A stretch of 62,231 nt of DNA, counting the filler, from Choristocarpus tenellus KU-1152 (taxonomy: Eukaryota > Protista > Phaeophyceae), in assembly GCA_964200185.2 (NCBI GenBank). It is 10 parts of 10 records of this genome, joined end to end, with 100 filler letters (N's around TTAATTAATTAA, not from the genome) between each part and the next. Parts side by side here need not be neighbours in the genome. Positions count along the whole stretch, not along the records: positions 1 to 7,898 come from CAXNAD020005429.1; positions 7,999 to 10,888 come from CAXNAD020023888.1; positions 10,989 to 15,573 come from CAXNAD020013906.1; 7 more parts are not named here. The stretch is one strand, 5' to 3'. Every line of letters starts with the position of its first letter. Positions within the stretch are counted from its first letter, which is position 1. Positions 1 through 12,163 of the stretch are shown in pieces. The notes below the pieces were generated by a model. It made no database searches. It worked only from the letters and a program-made list of their open reading frames with translations, and was not told the DNA's origin. A program made the position numbers and the translations under genes.

Positions 1-1086
1 ACCAAATGACACCCCCCCCCCCAAAAAAAAAAAAAATTGATGAAACGGTGGGGTATCACAAAGACAGAGAAAATTTTCTGTTCCGACAATGGAACGAAAA
101 GAGAACGAATGAATAACCCATGCAAATATATATTTCTTAAAGTAAGAAAGAGGAATAGAGAGGGGTACTCAACGCACTACTCGAGCCGAGCCAAGAAGGG
201 CAGCGAAGGGAAGAACGTCACATCCAATCCGATAGATGGGAGATAGAAGAGAGACCTCACCAAAACGCCATCGGCATCGCTAGCTAGGTGCAATGGGAAT
301 GAAAGAGGGAGATATATATATATATATTTATTATTATAAAAAAGAAGACAGAAACTAAAAAAAAAAAATAGGGGTCACCGAGGACGAACCCGGGGGTGAT
401 GTCTCCACAGGGTTGTTGTTAGAGGGCTTAACGTATGCACAATTTTTTTTTCCTGGTGAGGAAGGGCGTGAGGAAACCCCATGAGCAGTATAAAACCAAA
501 AAGAATGAAATTGTTTTTGTTTGTTTTTTACACGATTGGTTCCCTAACCCTGTATCCTATTGTATTAATGTATTTTTTGTTATTATTGTAGTCTCTCTAA
601 GATAGGGGGATTGGGGCAGTTCAAAGGCCGCAAGATGCCGACCAATGAAAAGACAGGAAGTTGGGAAGCATGCGAATGCACGCAGGCATGCCGCACACAG
701 TGACAAGGCAGTCAGCGGACTGTTCACGCCCTGTTCACAGGTTCTGTGTAAAATGTAATATATACCCTCACCTCATGTTCTCCTTTGTACCACCTATACT
801 ATCCTAGAGACATATTATTACATCAACTCTTGGGTGTCCGTGTACATACTTTTACGGTTTGATTTTCGACAAATTCGAAGAAATTCGCCCAAAAATGCAT
901 CAGCCTGCGTCACAAAAATACCCAAATCTCATATACATGCACCCGTCTTCAAATCAGAAGGTTGTTTTTCTTGGTAAGTAGTTTGGGTGGGGTAGCAATT
1001 TGCTGTGCCCTAGCAGATACCTAAGCATCTGAACGTTCAGAGCGATCGATGAAACAGTCTACCAGGGGGGGGGGCGAGGGCATTAC

Positions 1087-3842
1087 CTGTGCCAGTTTAT
1101 CCTTTTGATCTGTGTCCCACGAAGGCAGCCCAACAGTGCAGTCAGTCTCTGACTTGTACTGGAAGACTTCACACAATTCTCCAGCCTCACCGCTAAGAGC
1201 CAGTGCCAAGTCTCGGGGGGTATGGAATTTGTCCCATCCCCTGTCAGAGATTCCAAAAAATAAAAATAAATGAGACTGATGTTATGAATTATTTCCTTGG
1301 TGTTCCTAATGAAAAGGATGGCGATAGAAGCCCCCCCCCCTTTCTCTGTCTGTCTTTCCCCCTCCAACTCTACTGCTGTGTGTATGACATGCTCACTAGG
1401 TATTACAGTACATGTTGAAAAAAAGTAACGCACGGATTAAAGATTCACACATAGATGCATTTGATTATTTCATAAAGGTGTGGAGGCGTTTGGGAATATT
1501 CGCACACAGAAGATCAGGAAAAAAAGAAGCACAACTACATATTTTCTAATACATACACACCACAAAGCACACACAATAAGGACGAACTCAAATTTGAGAC
1601 AAAAAAAAAAGACATGCTCACAAGCACACACATTTAGGAGGGGAAAATCAAAGCAGTGAAAAAACGAACCTGTCCAGAACAAACACTGATAGCTCTGCTC
1701 GCAGGTCTTCTAGGGCAAGGTAGCTCCAAGGACATCCGGGCTCAATCGCAAGGAAATCTGCACCACCATCACCGGTTCCCTCATCCGCTGTCACCTACCA
1801 TGCAGTGATACATTAAAAAAAAATTCGGAACTCTTAATGCTTTAATAGAGTATTACGTTTGAATGTACTTGATAAGAGTTTGTAACACCTCATATCTTAC
1901 TCCAACATTCACAGATACCAGATTTTTTTTTTCCCAGAATTTTCCCTGAAAAAAAAAAGTTGCAATTTGCGTGGAGAACAAAAAAAATCCCCCAAAGGAA
2001 AGTGGAGCTCTGACAGTTGGAAAGGAAGGTGTGCGGGCTTGCTCTTATTGAGATCGTGTTGATTGACCAGACAGGTCGGTCACGGGGTGTCAGGTCTATG
2101 CATCACCAGTGTGCCAGTTAGTCTCAAAATATGTTTCAGGGTAGATAATGCCTACGTGGTCTGTGCATAGACACAAGGCGCAATGCACGGGAAGTAAATA
2201 GTTCACACATACGTGCATTCATGTATGTGCACCTGTGGCAAATATTCTAGGTTACACAACAGAGGCAGGTGAAACGAGAAACTATCAAGGTCTTTTCATA
2301 CAAAGATGTGTGTAAGATTTGACAGTGGTGTAGAGCTCCCCACCCCCCGCTCCCCCCCCTCTCCCTTCTGTCCCAAGAGAATCAGGCGGTAAGACATTCA
2401 GCAAGCAGGTTGTTTGTTGTTCTTCATGGTTCCCAAGAGCATTGATCATAGACAAATGTGAAGGGTGTCAAATCTTGAATCACATTTTGGAAGATGAAGA
2501 GGGGACCACTATACTCTCCAAAATAAGTAGATGAATTAATCTAGTCTTGGGCACGTTTAGACTCAGTCCGTAGTCTTAGGTACACCCACTGCAAGCAAGC
2601 ATATCTGATACACCTCACCGAGGTAATGTTCTCCGAAGAGTTGAGATACTAACAGAAAAAACATGCCAGGGGGGGTTGGAAACCCACACAACACAGTATT
2701 TGGACAATTATTGCCTTGGTTGAAAGACTGCTTACAACAATAAAACAGGTACTGAAGAAAAGGAAACGTGTAGGTCAAGTTTAGTGCTCAAAGAGTTTCA
2801 CCAATCAGTTTCATCTGAGGTCCTCTTGGATATAGCAAGGGAGTTCACCCACAGCAAATATCAAGCAAGCCATCATCCCTTCCCCCCCCCTCCCCTCCAC
2901 CTCTCCCAATACGTGTATACCTGTTTGGAACCCTTGTTGTAGCCAGTTTTCTCTCCATAAGCATCATATTTCTGGCTTGAGCCCCTGCACAAGTGTTTAA
3001 TGAGGCGGAGGGGTGGGTGAGCAGGGGACGGAGACTTTTCCTGGGGAGGGTACAGGAGAAAATGGTGGACGTTTTGTTCAGTGAGAGAAGGACCGAGATT
3101 TTTGGTAATTTTATAGATTTGGTCTATGCTGGGGTTGAAATATTGCTTAACAAGGAAGAAGTGGAATGGACGATTCATCCCCAACATACTCCAATCTTCC
3201 TCAGTCACAACACATGTCATATGTTTAAAACCTTACAAAACAGAACAGAAGGGGGAGCGATGGGCAGAAAAGAAGCATAGGAATGCACAGAAAAAGAGTT
3301 CCCCTCCCACTATCCCTCGCACTGAGCACATACCTTGCGAGGTGGACAGGATACTTTTTGGCGTTAAGGCGTACCTTAGCCCTTGCCGCAAGGGCTAGGT
3401 CAATGCCGCACATGTCCGCAAGTCGTACCAAGTAGAACATAACATCACTCAATTCCTCTCCTACATGAACCTTCTCTTCGCTGCGTTGATCCATCATTGC
3501 GACGAGGGCACATCAATGATCAAGGGCATGGAAATTATAGGGAGCCATTGTTGAGTGCAAGATAGTTCAATGGGGCAATTTAATCATTTGATTGTCGAGA
3601 TCACAGAGTTATCAACTAGACCTTGTGAAGGCATTCAAGCAGTCTGAACATTGTGTGGCAGTCTTCCACTGGAAGCACTCGCAGAGCTCGCCGACTTCCC
3701 CCATCATTGCAAGGGCAAGATTTCGTGGGGCGTGGAACTGAGACCATCCCCGCTCCGCCGAGAAATGATGCTGCTGGGAACGGATCCATTCTAGAGGCAG
3801 AGCACCCCAAAGGGGTACTGTGGAGGGTGAGGATATAGACAT
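1087..3842 (-). CDS. DCTPP1: dCTP pyrophosphatase 1-like (MazG-like all-alpha NTP pyrophosphatase) with two tandem domains; 3' end not located
   Basis: Phase-consistent GT-AG exons 3842-3622, 3480-3334, 2984-2921, 1794-1670, 1240-1087. Domain 1: ERGWSQFHAPRNLALAMMGEVGELCECFQW...EELSDVMFYLVRLADMCGIDL...NAKKYP..ARGSSQKY. Domain 2: LEDLRAELSVFVLDRGWDKFHTPRDLALALSGEAGELCEVFQY. Confidence 0.9.
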
Positions 3843-4727
3843 TGGTAATGGGAGAACGTGAGAGAAGAGGTAAGATACAGAGACAGCGAGCGCGCTTTGA
3901 TAAACCCAATCGCCTTGATTTTGAATTTACAAACTAGTTACCGCCTCCAAAGTTTTGAACACCACAGTAAATTGGTGTAAAAGGGTTGCTCTTTTAGGAT
4001 CTCACACACATTTATTTGTGGATATGACGCGCGCTAATATACATTTGCGCGCGCCAACCACGTCATTGGAACTCGCCCATACCAACCAGTTCATAAAACC
4101 AACCACACAAATCAGATTCGGATTTGACCAAACAGTCAAAAGGACTGTCAGAAGGAAGGTTCATTCCGATTCTGATCGATCCATTTCTTTGTTGTGAAAA
4201 CGTTCCGTCATTCTAAAACATTCGTTGTGCATTGAGGTTTTTGTTCTGTTCTGGATTTCCTCCACCACTGACGTTGAGATGTTATACCAAGCAAGAACTG
4301 TGAAACTCGGTCCCGCCATTTGAGGTGGAAGAGTTCAGTCTGGTGATTGTGATTGCCCCCTTGTTCAGAGAGCTTTGGCACCTTGATTGACACTTCCACA
4401 AAGCCTATAATGGAGTCATTCCAGTTTTATGAGTGTCAGAATTCGAAGTGGTAGATTGGTAATTTAGGTGATAGAATAGGAGGAAGGGTAGACGAAAGGG
4501 TTGATGAGAGAATAGTATCAAAGCAGATTGGGTATCCAAGAAGTTAGTAGAAAATTAATGAAGGAAGCAAAGAGGGACGAGGTAGAAGGTCCAAGGAGGG
4601 CAGGATCAAGGCAACTTCTGAGCAATCTTTCTCACAGGGCCGAAGGGCAATGTCCGGAAAGGGTTGGATACCCCAGGGAGGTTATAACCTGGGGGGTGCA
4701 TTGGGTCTATGGGATCTGTCATAGACT

Positions 4728-4909
4728 GACCCAAAGTATCTGGGGGGGTGGGGGGGGTCTACACGAGGGTGTCCATTTGGACCAAAATCGGGAAAAGTGC
4801 ATTTGCATTATCCATCCGACGCATGGCAACCAAATCACCCAAAAATCGCGATATGAAAAAATTGACCCCAAATGGACAGCCGCCACCCCCTCCCAGATAC
4901 TTTGAGCCC
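4728..4909. mobile_element. MITE family B (~180 bp), Sola-like ends
   Basis: GACCCAAAGTATCTG-run ... CCCAGATACTTTGAGCCC with inner GTCCATTTGG / CCAAATGGAC. Flanks GACT/GACC are a near 4-bp TSD. Homologous to 20388-20568 and 30792-30972. Confidence 0.8.
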
Positions 4910-7096
4910 GACCTCAACAGCACCTGCTCTCCATCTACTACACCCATTTGAAACTATTTTTTGTACCTCGAGCCACACAACTAGACAACATTGAATTGTG
5001 TCTGTGCTATCTGGTCCAATCTTCATGAAGTTGTTTCAGAACACGATGCTCCTTTCCAGAATTCCCCCCCAAAAATAAAATATGAAATGATGAATAGGTT
5101 GTATCTTAATTACACTCATTATCATCGATTATGGGAGGTTGTTGGGTTTTATTTTTTCCATACTGAATGAAGTGGATGTTGACATGCGCGTACATGAATG
5201 CGCACTACTATTTTGCATTATTACGGCATGCTATTGAGGAGTCTGTGAACTGTATGGAGCCCTTTGTTAAGATGTGGAAAAGTCCCTGTGTCCATGTCTA
5301 ATTTTTTCTGCTTGCAGAAAACAGCACTTTGGTACATTCACAGTCTGGCCACGTACAACAAAGTGCCCTCATATATGATGTGTGGGTCCCAAATAGCACA
5401 CATCATTGCTTGCTGCTTGTTGCCTGCTCACTCCCCACAAATATAATTACACGGCAGATGATGTTCACATGGTGTGCATGGACGACTTCTTCTTTTGTCT
5501 TCACGGTATAAAGTGTTCATTTTTTGTCAAATATTAATGAGCAACCCATGAGAAAAATACAGGAGAGGTTGACAGGGGTATGTGTGTATCTGGTGGTATA
5601 TCTTTTTATGTCATACTGATGACAGTGTGGAGTAAGGTATTGAAGAAATGTACTGGAAGTGGTATTCATCTAGTGGTACACCTTTTAATGTCATGTCAAT
5701 CCATCGATCCCCCAATATCTAGTGGGCAGGAATCTCCAGTCTGTCCTCAGAGTTGCCACACTATTGATTTTTTTATTTTTTGACTACATCACACTTTTTT
5801 GTTGCAGGATAGGATGATGGTGATGATACCACAGTCTTGGTAGGCGTGTTGCCTCAAATAGCCTGTTGTGGTCTTTAGTGGAGGTTCAAGAGATGATTGC
5901 AACATCAATCGGGATTTTTTGTTTGTTTGTGTCAATGCACTCTTTTTATGTTTGTTTCTACCAGGACTTGAAAGAGTTAAGGGTTTATATTTAATGGTTT
6001 GTGATGTGCACCAGGGCCTCGTCCTTCCCCCCCCCCTTCCTTCCCACCCAACATTTGTCATCCCCTCTCTCTGATGTTCAATAAAAAAATGTTCTGAACA
6101 TGCCTGTGATATCAATTTAGTTGCTGTTACGACTCCTTCACACTCTCCAACCCCTAACCCCTACCCATAGCCTTCGTTTACAGCCTCCCAGTTTACTTTT
6201 TTTTATTTGTCAAGCCTTGTAACATATATTTATTTTTTGTCCTATGTTTTTTTTGTTGCATCAAGAGTTTTTTTTCCTATTATATATATTTTTTTCCGTT
6301 GATGAAATAAAATAAAATAAATCGACAGAGGACTTGCGCCCTTCATTTGATACAATTTGTTTTTTTTGTCTATTATTTTTAACATCATTTTTCTACTTTT
6401 TTTTATTGTGGAGTTCAACTCTCTCCACAAAGCGCTGAAACTATCACTACCTTCTCCAGTCAGACCCTATTTTTCATGGATTTTTCATTGTCTGGTTGTT
6501 GATGTCCTCTATGTGACGTGTGTGGTGTTCAGGTTTCTCATGCACCTTCAGGCTGCCCCTGTTGCTCCCTCGTGGGTGGAGTCGCTCATCGTCCTAATCG
6601 GTCTCCATTCCAGGAACGATGCTCACATGAGAGCCATAGTGGAGGTAGGTGAAGGTGCTACTACTTTTGAGGGTTTTCTTTTTGGGGGGAGCATGGGGGA
6701 CAAGGAGGGGGGGAAGGGGAGGAATAAGGTGGTTCTTATGTCTCCCTCTCCGAATCAAACAAGACTTGTAAAAGAATAAACATGAAAAAAATAATGTATG
6801 TATATAATCTTTATTTATTTATTTTATTGGAGGTGTAATGACTCTTGTTTTGTCCTGGTGGTTTGAATGTTACGGTTATAGGGTTTTGTGGTTTATCTCC
6901 ATAATAGGGTGGTGGAATATTATGAAGATAGAGCTCAAGATAAGGTGTGCAACAGTTGCATTGGGTATCGAGTTAGTTGGGCAGGTGCTACCTTTTTTTT
7001 TTTCTTGTCATTTTCGGAATCAGTTGAAACAGTGTATCTTTTAAACTTGGTCCAGACAACAGATACACATGGATACATGTTTGTCTGTACCCAATT

Positions 7097-7310
7097 GAGT
7101 CAAAGTATCTGAGAGGGTAGAGCTGCGACCATTCGGGGATCAAAATTCAGTGTTGATATCCTTGTTCTGGACACACCTTTTAATATCATGCACATTTTAC
7201 CTACTCCGAAACATTTCAGGGTAGGAAAATGTTACAAAAAAACCCGTGGGAAGTCAAGCCGCAAATGGACAAATATGGGAAAACTCATACCCTCTGAGAT
7301 ACTTTCACCC
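7097..7310. mobile_element. MITE family A, internally deleted copy
   Basis: TIRs GAGTCAAAGTATCTGAGAGGGTA / TACCCTCTGAGATACTTTCACCC. Shares diagnostic variants with the copy at 39367. Confidence 0.85.
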
Positions 7311-7830
7311 ATTGCGAAGGGGAGTGTAGCTTGATACTAGCCCCAAGACTAACCAGGAAGGACTCCAATATTTTACGCTGGTTGGTAGTTTCTAAGTCAG
7401 CAATCGAAAGAAGCAATGGTATGTACCTACACAAATTAGTATTGTTGTCAGCGGACAGATAGTGGTATTGATTGTGAATTTTGTCTTGTACTCAAGTATT
7501 GAAAATAAACTTGTATGGTGTCCAACAGACCCCCTGCACATTGGAGTCAGCAATGAACAGGCATTAAAAAAAATCAAAAAGCACAGTGCGTTGCAAACAT
7601 GAAGCTGATGTTGTCTAGGACTCAAAATGCACCCCTCCCCCCTTCATTGTTGTTGACTGCAACATTTATTTTTTTTCTACCTGGCATAGTCACTGAAACA
7701 CCCATAGAATGAGGTGAAATGGACACTTGTTGTGTATACTCTAATCTGAGGCTCAAACTGTGGTATCCTAGTTTAGGCTTAAGAGTATTTGAAAGCTGTC
7801 TATATCTCTGCCCTACTATAGTCTACTCCT

Positions 7831-7898
7831 GGGTCAAAGTATCTGGGGGGCGGGTGCTGGCGTCCGTTTTTGACCCTGACTCAAAGTATTTGTGGGGG
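7831..7898. mobile_element. MITE end (B-related variant), truncated by gap
   Basis: GGGTCAAAGTATCTGGGGGG...GGCGTCCGTTTTT; the same end occurs at 20221-20276, and the reverse-complement terminus at about 11010-11032. Confidence 0.6.
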
Positions 7899-7998
7899 NN
7901 NNNNNNNNNNNNNNNNNNNNNNNNNNNNNNNNNNNNNNNNNNTTAATTAATTAANNNNNNNNNNNNNNNNNNNNNNNNNNNNNNNNNNNNNNNNNNNN
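7899..7998. other. Assembly spacer N44-TTAATTAATTAA-N44 (also 10889-10988, 15574-15673, 20277-20376, 27085-27184, 30170-30269, 43631-43730, 50259-50358, 58100-58199)
   Basis: Identical 100-nt linker nine times; the core gives stop codons in all six frames. Artificial. Confidence 0.97.
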
Positions 7999-8907
7999 CC
8001 ACGCCCCCCCCCTTTTTTGTAGGTATCATTGAGGGTTTGCTGGTGGAATCTTTGGCATTGCGGGTGTGTGAGGTCGAGTTTTGTTCAGTAGGAAAGCATT
8101 TCCTTGGTCCTGCTCAAATCTAATGGAAAATACAAATCAGCAGTGTGGAGAGTGTTGTTGGAATGGTACGAGTGTTCAGGTTACGGTTGTTGATGGTGTG
8201 GTGAATGTACTTTAAACCAAACTTTGAATTATATCCATGGTACGTTCAGTGGTTCCCCTTACATTGTGTCACATACCATCCTGTCAACTACCGATCGACC
8301 GGACTGTTCATCAGTTCTGTTGTACATAGTGTGATTTAGTGAAAAGTATAGTAAGATCGGTATACTCTAGCGTTTGGGTCAAAGCGTCTGTCCTTGTATC
8401 TTTGGCTTGGTCGAGGTCGCTTCCAAATCGTAGCGGTGCCCTCCACAAACACCGAAATATTTTTGACCAAAAATATATATACGCACTTTCTGCGCACCAT
8501 TCCGGGTCTTGCCCATCCTCAATAAAAAGCTCCATCCTCAATTTTGATGATCGTCTGTTCACAAGACGCATGGAATTCGCATACCAATGAGACTTTTGTT
8601 TTGGTAAGATTGGTAGGGCCCATTACTCAGACGTTTTGTTTTTGTTATCCTACACACACCCACAAATTGCAGTCATCTTAGTCCATCCATAAACTATTCA
8701 CTAGACCATCGTGTTTGGAACATCTAAGCCAATCAATGGTGTAACAGATATTGAGAAGATATAGTAGATGTATTTTGGAATGACATTAAAAAAAAAGCAA
8801 GACGAGAGTTGTTTCAAACCAAAGATACCGTTACTGGCTATGAACGTATCCTCTTGTCAAACTCCTAAAATCGTAATCATGACAATTTTGGTGTAAGTGA
8901 CAACGCC

Positions 8908-10744
8908 ATGGTTGCGATGAAGCTGAGATTGGTGTTAGGGCTTATCTGCACCCATGGTGCAAGAGGGTTTCGAACCTTGCATGGGTTCATTCTGGGTAGA
9001 GAGTTAATTTCTCTCGGGGGAAATAAAGGGAACAAAGGGAGCTTAATGCAAATCCCCCATTATCTGTCACCTGTGGGTCGTGTATTGCCTGTTGAGCCGA
9101 TCACCAGATTATCGGTCTCTGGTGGGATGGGCGAAGACGATCCAGTCGAGATGTACAAGAAACAATTGGCGAACTTCATGGTGAAAGCACATGAAGACCG
9201 TCTCAAGGCCATGGAAAGCGTGCGTAAGGAGGTGCAGGCAGGGTACCAAGTACAGATTGCCGATCTGAAGTCGAAGGTGTGCAAGCTTTGAAGATGGGTG
9301 ATATTTTTTTCGCCTTTGATGGTCGAAAATAGACCGAAAAAATGTTGTGAAGTGGGGAGAGAGGGGTTACTGAATGCTTGACCTCAGTGAGAGATTGAGA
9401 AGTGCTGACTTATTGGTCCGATGACATTAGTTGAGTAACGCAAATTTTCAGGTTGTTGAAGGATTGCTGTGTTGACATGGTTGGTACTGGGTACCTTTCA
9501 TAGTATAGAAATTATACACATTAGTGTAAGGAGATGTATGATAAGCGACGGCATGATGGGGCTCGTCCAACATACATCCACTGAATACTTCAACTCTTTT
9601 TCAGGCACGTCGGGCGGTCTGTAACTTTGAGAGATCTCCCAGATTTAGCTTTGACACGTAGAATGGAGGTTGGGAGTTGCACCTCGGTGTAGTACACTAA
9701 TCTAAAATTTACAGGTTTTGTTGTGATGGTTTGAATACTCCATGATGATATTAGTGGTCTCCATAGTTATCTGTATACATGCTCTCAGTGGCATTGAGGT
9801 GAAACCGAATGGTACAGGGACATAAAGACGAGAAAATTTCGTATATTTTTATGCTTACCTTCCCTGAACTGTCTGCATACAAGACAATGTTGCATGTAGT
9901 GTTGGGTTGAGCTATTGGTCCTAATACCACTTGTGGTTGTAGGACACAACTTCAACAGTTCTGTTCTTGGTTGTATTGCAGTGACAATCTGAATGTTAAG
10001 ATTGATATTGCCTCTCACCCTTTACTTATTTGCAGGTCGAGGACATCGCTCAACATTTTGTCATTTATTGGTCAGGGTGATGGTGAAGACTATTTATTGT
10101 AGGCTGCTACCGAACATTTTACTCTGGCACATCTAGCCAGCCCGCCCACTGGAACAAGCTTAGGAGTTGCTTTAAGAGTTGCTTGCGTGCCTTTGAAAGC
10201 ACATGTCCGGATATCATGTCCGGATATCACGGGTTCAACTTGTGCTGTGACCCTAACCTCTGTCTGGACTGCACAGAGTCAACAAGCACCCTGTCATAAG
10301 TACTAGTAGTGGTCTGCAAAGCCCCTCCTTCCCAGGTTGCCTTAATCCTCTGGTTGAATGTGTGCATGTTGATCATACCCCCTTTGTTGATGCTCTGAGA
10401 TGGACTTGAGCCCTCCAATTGCATTGTTTAACATCCTCAAAGCTTAATGCCCCCTGCAATTCAACGCTTCAAGTACTTCAACGTGACCCTACCGCCTTGC
10501 TCATTCCCATCATCTCCATCACTGTCCTAACATCTCTCCCTCCCCCCCAAACGACTTTTTATTCCTTTTTGTTGCATCCCGCCCTACCTCATCGTGTCGA
10601 ATATTGTCAAGGTTGAGTCACTCCCCACAGCAGTGGTCAAAACTGCCCAAACTGTCCAAACCCCTGCGGAAGTAGGTTCAATATCCGCTGCCACGCCCGT
10701 GCTTGGAGGTGAAAGCATGGGTACTGTACACCCTGCCTATGCAG
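8908..10744 (+). CDS. Probable plastid-targeted coiled-coil protein of unknown function (partial)
   Basis: Exons 8908-9276 and 10612-10744, phase 0 junction (AAG|GTGTGC, CAAG|GTT). Hydrophobic N-terminus then ARG-F, resembling the ASA-FAP bipartite signal; helical segment YKKQLANFMVKAHEDRLKAMESVRKE. The gene runs into a gap. Confidence 0.65.
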
Positions 10745-11032
10745 GTTTGTTCTTTTTGTCCATGGATTGCGGGGATATTCCGTTGATAGCCTTTGACCTT
10801 TGACATGCCCCTCCTCGGTTGTGTCTGAACGCACCAATAGCCCCCCCCCCCCCTTTTTTTTTATATATAAAAAAGTTACTTCTTATTGNNNNNNNNNNNN
10901 NNNNNNNNNNNNNNNNNNNNNNNNNNNNNNNNTTAATTAATTAANNNNNNNNNNNNNNNNNNNNNNNNNNNNNNNNNNNNNNNNNNNNCACCCTCACAAA
11001 CCTCCCCCCCCCCCCCCAAGATACTTTGACCC

Positions 11033-11272
11033 GGCAAGGAGGGGGTTGATAGATTATTGGGATGTTTCTCTAGCTCCTCACCTTGGGGTGCAGGAATAGC
11101 TAGGTCGGAAGCACAGGAAGGCAGTATTACAGCATAGGTGGTAATAAAATAGCAAATAGATTAATGTTCTCCACATTTATGACAACTATTAGTTTAGTAA
11201 ATGTAAATACTTTCCATTGTTTTTTCTGGTAAGACATCTATAAAATGTCAGAGGTCATAATAATATAATAAA
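11033..11272 (+). mobile_element. 5'-truncated 3' UTR of CRE-like non-LTR retrotransposon
   Basis: Aligns with 44585-44835 and 40862-41152 (CTAGCTCCTCACC...GGGGTGCAGGAATAGCT...CACAGGAAGGCAGT); ends in an ATAATAATATAATA tail. Confidence 0.7.
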
Positions 11273-12163
11273 AGGAAAACTCCTGCACTTGGAAGGCCTT
11301 GGTTCAATCCTCTTATAATATACTGGAGTTAGATAATAAGAAATCGGTGGGGTGCCTCCATATTTAATGAAAGCAATGTGAAAGGGTTAAGGGTTAAGGG
11401 AGTGACGTGAGATAGAATCCAGTGATCGGAATGTGACCATAATAACTATGAATGTAACTTCTTTTGAACATACGTCCAAGTTTGACTTGTATTGATGGAA
11501 TAGTTCATGGTTGAAGGTTGAAGTTGAAGGATCGGTATCCGTATTGAATCAGATATAGATGTTGAGGTGTACTGAGATTATTGAACATGTGGTACCATAT
11601 ATGTGGAAAAAATTATAGGATTATATAGTCGGATGTTTACCACATCACAATGAAGTGGTTTGACGTGTGACCCAGGAAAGGCTTACACAAGAAGAGAGGT
11701 TGGGTGGTTTTCGTCGTTGGATGTGTTGTTGATGTGTAAGGGCCGTTGAATGGGATGATCTTTTCGAAGTATAGATTGTACAGAACAGGTTGTGTGTTGT
11801 AAGAGTTGGATTCAACATCTTCAAATAGGAGAAAAATGTTGACATTGTAGGATGATACTAAGAAGCCATACTTAGATATAATGTATTCATTATTATTGTG
11901 TGTTTGAAAAGTTTTGAACCCCCAATCCTATTTCCAAGAAGAGAGGAAAAATGATTTTAAAATATAACCGATAAAAATTGTGGGAAATATTAAAATGATC
12001 AACAATAATAATGCTTAAAAAAATTCTATAAAAAGTGAAAATATCTATATCGTAATATACATGTATCAAATTCCGATATTACGATCATCATTGATTCTTC
12101 ATCTCTTTGACTACTAATATAGCTGTGTGTAAAAAGAGGAGGCTACAACAAGTCGAGAGAAAG

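Noticed and set aside
8280-8590. Possible small minus-strand exons divergent from the plastid-protein gene
   Set aside because: Could not build a consistent reading frame or recognise a product.
11400-11920. Faint Penelope-like RT similarity on the minus strand (YLSMAS*YHP, KPFLG)
   Set aside because: Too degenerate to support without an alignment.
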